Shown here: positions 56,877 through 64,000 of the stretch, one piece after another
Position numbering within the stretch: position 1 is the stretch's first letter
Layout: every line of letters starts with the position of its first letter
Assembly (NCBI GenBank): GCA_051294375.1
Contig: CM119271.1
Coordinates: 5,445,991-5,509,990, forward strand
Direction of reading: 5' to 3'
Source: Paraspadella gotoi
Lineage: Eukaryota > Animalia > Chaetognatha
Length of the DNA stretch: 64,000 bases
Translations under genes and position numbers: made by a program
Notes under the pieces: model-generated
What the model was told of the DNA's origin: nothing
Seen by the model: the letters and a program-made list of their open reading frames with translations, nothing else
The model's database searches: none

Positions 56877-57794
56877 ATGAATTGGATGGGCCTAGCCTCC
56901 ATCGTCGTCTTCTACTTGGCCATTCTGGGCGTCGGCCTCTGGGCCTCGAGAAAGACGGGGAGGAAGAAGGGCGAAGAGGACGAGGAATCGGACATGGAAG
57001 CCGACATCATGTTGGCGGGAAGGAATATCGGACTTTGGGTTGGGATTTGCACCATGACGGGTAAGGGAAAATGGGAAAGTCGCTCGATTGGATCGTGGGT
57101 GTTGGTAACTTTCCTACCGCTTGCTTTTTCTATATATTTTAAACCAACTGTTTATTTTTTGTAGCCACCTGGGTCGGCGGGGGATACATCAACGGCACGG
57201 CGGAATACACCTACTCCTTAGGAGTCGTCTGGTGCCAGGTAAGCAAAATTGCTTGCTTAATCAAAGACGGCGCTTATATAACCCATCGAAAGTGTGTCGC
57301 AGTCTTTTTTAAAATATCATATTTACGACAAAACTGAAAACGACAAGACTAGCTGAAAGTTCAATAACTAAAAATAATCATCGCTTTACTTTCACTTTTA
57401 ACCCTCGAGTTTTAACTTTCCCTTTTCACTCATCAATAAAAATGACGTTCGTCAGTGATTCGCGAAAAAAAAAGAAGGAAAGCGAAAATGAAAAACTAAA
57501 ATTTAAATCTCCACGCAGCTCACGATTTTAATATTCTTGCCCTCGCTCCCCTCCCTCGTATTTCCCTTTTGTCTATTTTTTCTCCGGACGCTTCGACCCT
57601 CCAGGCCCCGTTCGGCTACGCCCTCTCACTTCTCATTGGCGGACTATTCTTCGCGAACAAAATGCGTTCGGAAGGCTACGTGACGATGCTGGACCCGTTC
57701 TGCAATCGGTTCGGTCACCGGATGGGCGGACTTCTCTTCATCCCTTGTCTTTTGGGAGAGGTCTTCTGGTCCGCTGCCATTCTTGCCGCTTTGG
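56877..57794 (+). CDS. SLC5A7: High-affinity choline transporter (SSF family), first three coding exons only
   Basis: Exons 56877-57060 ([24 protein letters not shown]...[16 protein letters not shown]), 57165-57238 ([15 protein letters not shown]...WCQ) and 57605-57794 ([32 protein letters not shown]...[14 protein letters not shown]). No further exons found after the gap at 58045. Confidence 0.93.
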
Positions 57795-58069
57795 GTAAGT
57801 AGGGTTGGGTGGTGGCGTGCATTGCGGTTAATTTAATCGTGAAGTCGACGATTTTAAATATTTTTGAAGACTAAGTTTCTGAATTTTTGCTTTCATAGAT
57901 TGTTGATTTTTTAAAATAAAGTTCTTTGTATTGGAAAGTTGTAATCATTTGAATTAGTTGACCTTTGACCGAAATCAGCTCAACTCTCCGCTGCTTTGTC
58001 CCCTTTCTTTGGCGTGTGGGGTAAGGGGGTAGGAATTGATCCATNNNNNNNNNNNNNNNNNNNNNNNNN

Positions 58070-58340
58070 GCCCCAGCTTGTTGACCGTCGGTGTCACGGC
58101 GCCGGATGTCAAGCCGCCCCGCTCAGGTGTAGCGATGGCGATGGCAGGCGAGCCACGCATGCGCGCCAGCGCAGCACTCTGTCCCACCCACGACCGACTC
58201 ACGCTCGGGTGGCGCTGGTTGGGCAGATAAGGGCGGGGAGGGCACAGTGCAGCACGCTTTTTTCAAGGCAGGAGTCTGCGGAACATTGTTTCAATCGTCT
58301 CGCAGTTAGGACGTAACCTGGGGGGGGCGAGGGCGTGACA
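58070..58340 (-). mobile_element. Possible LTR terminus
   Basis: Abrupt GC-rich block abutting a gap; the minus strand starts TGTCACGCCC, resembling LTR 5' ends. No partner LTR or ORF seen. Confidence 0.3.
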
Positions 58341-59861
58341 AAAGGTAAAAGAAAGTCTAGGAAAATCAGACCCAGTTAAGCTAGTAACTTCCTACGCCAC
58401 TTTGTAAATGTTTTATACGAGACAAAACGTAAAAGTTGATTAATTTTTACTCGCATAGACACTGGTTGATCTTCAGAAATTGGTACAATCTTTTTAAAAA
58501 TGTCCATTCTCTCACTAACTAAGCCTATCTTCGTCTTGACTTCTGGAAACGCGCTATATGGTTTCGAGGACTTCTTCCTTCGTGCATGGATACACATAGC
58601 AGAAAAGCTTTCTTTTAAGCTCCCGGGTCTCTTACAATTTCTCCAAGAGGAAAATGAATGGAAGAAAAGTTATAATTTTTAATTTTCATTTAACTTTTTC
58701 CAAATTTTTTTATTCTTCTTCATTACCGACTTATAAAACCTAATTAAGCCTAAGAATTTCGTCATCATAATCGAATCATCCATTGTTGTTGCTCATTTTT
58801 GTCTTCTTTGTCGTCCCAATCTTTCTCTCCGACGAGACATTCCCAGCCATTTACACTTCAGCGGATCCCGTCTTCCAAGGACCAATCGCAATTAAACATA
58901 TCGCCCACTCCAGATTACTCTCAGACAGACATGTTTTCTTTTTTGCTTGACGTCTGTTTATTCTCGACGCGGCGACGCCCCAGCGGTTCTCTTGAGGCAT
59001 CCGGTTTTCCGGTAATTCCTGTTTCCACATTTGGATTCTATTCCTACCCCTTAAATACCATCCCACGCCAAGAAGGGGACAAAGCTAACGGGAGACTCAC
59101 CTTTAAGTTGAGCACTCTCCCGGCTCACGGCTCACTACTCTCAATGATTTACAACTTTCCAATTAAAGAACGTTCATTTTAAAAATCAATTAGGGCTGCG
59201 CATGTTGAATAGAAGTTCGATCAAGTCCCTTTTATTTCAACTTCTATTCAAAACTGGCATGATCACGGCAAAAATTATATCAATTGGAGATTCTGAATGC
59301 TTGGGAGTCGTGGAGAAAGCAACGGAGGGTAGATCGACGCGATGAAATTTCCATTTGTATCAGCCAAAAAGTGGATGTAATTGACTGGTTCAGGCGTTTT
59401 TTTCCTTTTCCCAAAAGCCTGCTAGATTTTTGTAAAATAGAAAAATATACAATATCAGTAATTTGGATAGCTCTTTGTTTCCTCTACCAATAAACAAAAA
59501 GAAAAGTTTAATTCTGCACATCTTTAATGTTGATGCAATCAATGAACTGGTTTTTTAGGTTGAAAACTTGCATGTCAGCTTCATTTTTATTTGTTCTAAA
59601 CCCATCGAAAGGAACTGTATTGTTCAAAAAACTATCTGTTTCACAGGTAGAGCGCGGGCTAGAATTTGTCATTATTTTATAAATTTCATGCAAAATACTG
59701 AATGAAGTCCGTTTATCGCAAGAGTAGCCGATTCTTAAGCGCAATCGGGCCGTATTTTAAAATGCCTTATAGAGGTTATAATGAGGATTTCGATCGAAAA
59801 AAAGGATTGATACAAGCGCGATTCGGGCCAGATTAAAACCGCTTTTCAATGAGCTTACGTT

Positions 59862-60130
59862 TTAACGGAACGGAAACGATACGAACGGAAACGAAACTGA
59901 AACAAACTGAACGAAAGTGAACGAAAGTGAACGAACTGGAACGAAACTGAACGAAACAGGACGAAACGGAACGAAACTGGAAACGCACACGACGAACGAA
60001 CCGAACGGAACGAAATGGAAGAATGGAACAAACGGAACGAATATTCGGAACGAAACGAAACGAAACGAAACGAACGAAACGAAAACGAACGAAAACGAAA
60101 CGAAAGAACGAAACTGACGAACGAACCGAA
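59862..60130. repeat. Degenerate (ACGAA/ACGGA)n satellite
   Basis: Visible tandem aacga-type units. Confidence 0.9.
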
Positions 60131-63100
60131 AGGTTGCGGTCTGTTGTGGATTTTTCACACAATAGGGGATAATCTTGAAATTGTTAATGTTTCATATTAT
60201 AGTCTATTCGGATTAGTTTGTTTTATTACAAAACATTTATATCTATTTTTATATAAAAGTATACGAATTACGATTGTATTCTATAAAAGTGTGATATATG
60301 GGAGTGAAATTTAGATAATGGCTCTTAATCATCAAGACCTTTGAATTGTCATGTTCATATGAATATTCTAATCTTTTTTACTGTTTATTAAAACAAAACT
60401 TATTATTATATGCAGCTTACTCATCTCTCTCCTTTTATATCTTTCTGTCGCTCTCTCTCATCTATGATTATTTTTTTTCTTCTAAAACTTTTATACGGTG
60501 GGAGAATCCCGTCTGCCATTTCACGGAAGTTTGAAGGGTCTCGTGAGGCGTTGCCACGAACTGTTTGAGTTCTTAGGATTGTTCCAAATGGTTAAAACAT
60601 GCTGAAACAAAGTTTTTAATTTGATTTCGTGAGGTCCTGGATGATTCCTGTGCACTTATTTTATTTTACTAAAATGTTTATGTACAGTTACTTACATAAG
60701 GTTTAGTAAAAGTAGATTGTAAAACCAAATGGCTGCTTCTTGGTCTGGATTGGGGCTCAATCTTGGACGTTATTTAGAGAATTATATGCCATTTTATCCG
60801 TACCCTTTTTTTTTCTTTGACTCCGTGGCGTTTACGGGTGGCAGGAAGTAAAAAATGTCGAGGAAAATGGAACTAATAACCGCGTTTGATGGTAACTCGG
60901 AACGTTCCGTGCTAAAAAATACTTGAAATAGATCACCGCGTTGGAGGCAACGGATACGATATAAACGAGAGTGACCTAATTATCGTTTGTTGGGTCGGGA
61001 AAACTTTCGTTGTAAATAAAGTTCGATGCTTGACCTAGATTTACCACGTCTCAGGCCGACGAGTAAACGAGTTGGGCTCCCTGCAGCGTTCTGTCAGCCT
61101 TCTTCTCTCTATCTCCTCCTCTCTCTCTATCTCTCTCTCCCTTCAATCATAACGGCTTTGGCTTTGTATTTTTTTATGATGAATGATTACATTGCGTTTA
61201 ATGAAAGTGACTATAAATCGGCATCAATACTGCCTATCAATCGTTTCAATGAATGATTATCATCAAAAGCAATGAATGTCTATCATGGATCAAAATCATT
61301 TGGTTTATCATCGCTGAATATTTGGTTTGCATCGCATGAATATTTTGTTTATCAATCGCCATCAATAATTTGGTTATCATCGATTAATCATTGGTTTCAA
61401 TCGAATCAAATTATTGGTATCATCGATCATTATTGGTTTATATCGATGCAAATATTTGTTATCATGGCACCTAATATTTGGTTTCATCCATCAATAATCA
61501 ATTCTATTTAATAATCATCTACTTTACATCAATCAATTACTTTTTATCAATAATTTGTTATCCGCATAAATCATCTCGTTTTTTTCCGGACTTTTCTATT
61601 ATTTTTTTTGGATAATTTGTCTTAGCGAGATAATACACTTTTTAAGATTTTTTTTTCATTATATAGTTTAAAATGCTTTGATAAATAAAATTATAATATT
61701 TTTTTTAAATTAATAGTGTGGAGAAAATGCATAAAATGGCGTTAGCCACGCAACCTTTGAATCTCTTCGCGCATCGATCTTCCACACTCTCCCCTTTCCT
61801 CCGCTTTTAATTTCGATACCAATCTCGATTGTATTTTTTCGGTTTTTAATTCTTGCAACTTTGAAAAACTCATAAAATAGCGTGAAAAGATGTTAAATTG
61901 TGGGATAAAAAAATTAAATCGTGCATTACAACACTTATCAATTCTTTCAAAATTTCAATAAATTGTTGGCGATAAAATAGTTCTGTATTTTCATAAGTTA
62001 AAACTTTGAAAATTTTTTGTCAAAATTAAGAATTTAATTAAACAATAATGAATATGAGCTAAATCTACTAAACATGGAATATAAACCTGAGTCTAGAAAA
62101 CATATATAGATCTTTTAACATAATAGGCGAAGAGGAATTACACCAATTTATATCAACTCAGAGATCAATTTTATCTGATATACACATAAAATAACTTTTG
62201 TAAATATTATGATGTACTTATTGGCCCGGACAATCAGGGACTCATTTTCAAGGTATTAAAAGATAGGTGATAAGGTAAGCAAAGGCCTTTTTTTTTAAGG
62301 CCATATAATGTTACTTAGGGTTTTACCCGAAATTTGTTTTCTTGATACTGTGGTACAAACAATTAAATTTTCAAAATATACTAGATATTGTAATTACAAA
62401 AATTATTATTTCTTTTGCATAAGTTAAATTATTGTTTTGTGCATTTTGTTTTCCAAAGATCAAGTCTTATTTTCCAATATGTTTTATACAGTATTTTTTT
62501 TAAAATGCCTTCTTTCTTTTTTCCGAATTCCCTATTTTTTATCGGGAAAGTAGAAAAATAAATATTCACAAACACTTCGGTCCCTATCTTTTGCTCTTAA
62601 CTTCTTTTTTATATCTATCATAATTATGTATTTTTTTATAAATTATACTCATTAGAATTCTATATTTTCTCCTGCTTTCGATTTTTATTATCTCTTATGA
62701 GGCCTCGGAAATGGCTAATCGAATCGCGATCTAAAGCTTAGATACGCGTAGTAAAAATCTGTTGATAAATGATAATTTTAAGCGAAAGTTGAACGGTTTC
62801 TGGTGGATTTTGCGTCTGGGCTTTTTTGGTCATAACGTTTGAACGGATTATCGATTTTGTATGAATTTTGCATAAAAGATATATTCAAAATTTCTATCGA
62901 TTTGGTGCCCCATCTTGAAAAATCTTAATGGTTTAGAACGATGCCATCGCAATCAATCCATCGATGAAAGCAAAAATTAGAAACTTAATTTTTCTAAAAT
63001 AATATTTAAATCGTGAATTCACGATTAAAAATTCACCCAATTCAGGCTTACACCAACCTACTTCCAAAGCAGCAAGCATGAGCGGACCAGAAACCTCATC

Positions 63101-63539
63101 AAAAACAAGGGATGAGCGAAGTCCGCCTATCGGTGAACGAACGATTGCAGAAACGGGTCCAGCATCGTCAGTAGTCGAAGCAATTTTGTTCGGAAGAATA
63201 GTCGGCCTGAGAAGTGAGAGGGGCGTACGCGAACGGGTGGAGGGTCGAAGGATCCGGAGAAAAAATAGACAAAAGAAATACGAGGGAGGGGGAAGCGAGG
63301 GGCAAAAGGAATATTTAAAAATGGTGAGCTGCGTGGAGGAATTTAAATTTAGTTTTCAATTTTCGCTTTCCTTCTTTTTTTTTCGCGAATCATGACGGAA
63401 CGTCATTTTTTATGATGAGTGAAAAGGGAAAGTTTAAAGACTCGAGGTTAATAGTGAAAGTAAGCGAATGGATTTTTTTCAGCAGTCTTAGTCGATTTTC
63501 ATTTTGTCGTAATATGAATTATTTTAAAAAGTGCGACAA

Positions 63540-64000
63540 CTTTCGATGGGTTACTATAAGCGCCGTCTTGATTAAGCAAGCAATTTTTGCTTACCTGGGC
63601 CAGAACTCCTAGGATTAGGTGGTATTCGCCGTGGCCGTTGATGTATCCCGCGGACCAGGTGGGCTACAAAAAATAAACAGTTGGGTTTTAAAATTATGCA
63701 AACAGCCGGTAGGAAAGTTACGCGACCCACGTCATTATCCGAGCGACTTTCCCATTTTCCACCTTTACCGTCATGGTGCAAATCCAATCCAAAGTCCGAT
63801 ATTCCTTCCGCAACATGATGTGGCTTCCATTGTCCGAGTTCTCGTCCTCTGTCGCCTTTCTCCCCGTCTTTCTCGAGCTTCCTCAGAGGCAGACGCCAGA
63901 ATGGCACAGTAGAAGACGACGATGGAGGCTAGGCATCAATTATTGTGGCGTGTTGGGGGGATAGATGGGAGGTTGGAGTTAAGGTGGATGGGAGGCAAAG
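63540..64000 (-). pseudogene. SLC5A7: Inverted, indel-ridden copy of SLC5A7 exons 1-2 with their introns
   Basis: Reverse complement aligns to ~56822-57300, including the intron gtaag..aaaatgggaaagtcgctcg; many frameshifts. Confidence 0.75.

Overview
Intron-rich, AT-rich animal (metazoan) genomic DNA from a draft, error-prone assembly with N gaps, scattered 1-nt indels and duplicated segments beside gaps. Left to right: (1) fragments of one procollagen galactosyltransferase (COLGALT/GLT25D) paralog and a complete second one ending in KDEL, both on the minus strand. (2) Head-to-head with them, two tandem plus-strand genes for an unusual type I membrane collagen: signal peptide, one ~4.25-kb exon of ~470 almost proline-free Gly-Asp/Glu-Lys/Gln triplets, ZP module, sushi/CCP, EGF, SEA, EGF, coiled coil, TM helix and short tail. 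(3) An F-box/LRR-type gene. (4) Uncharacterised low-complexity genes sharing a duplicated exon. (5) The first three coding exons of a choline transporter (SLC5A7) plus an inverted degenerate copy. Microsatellites, SINE-like repeats and Penelope-type minimal hammerhead ribozyme motifs are interspersed. The best candidate for a new system is the collagen-ZP membrane protein pair clustered with hydroxylysine galactosyltransferases. All calls come from manual translation and motif recognition; no searches were run.
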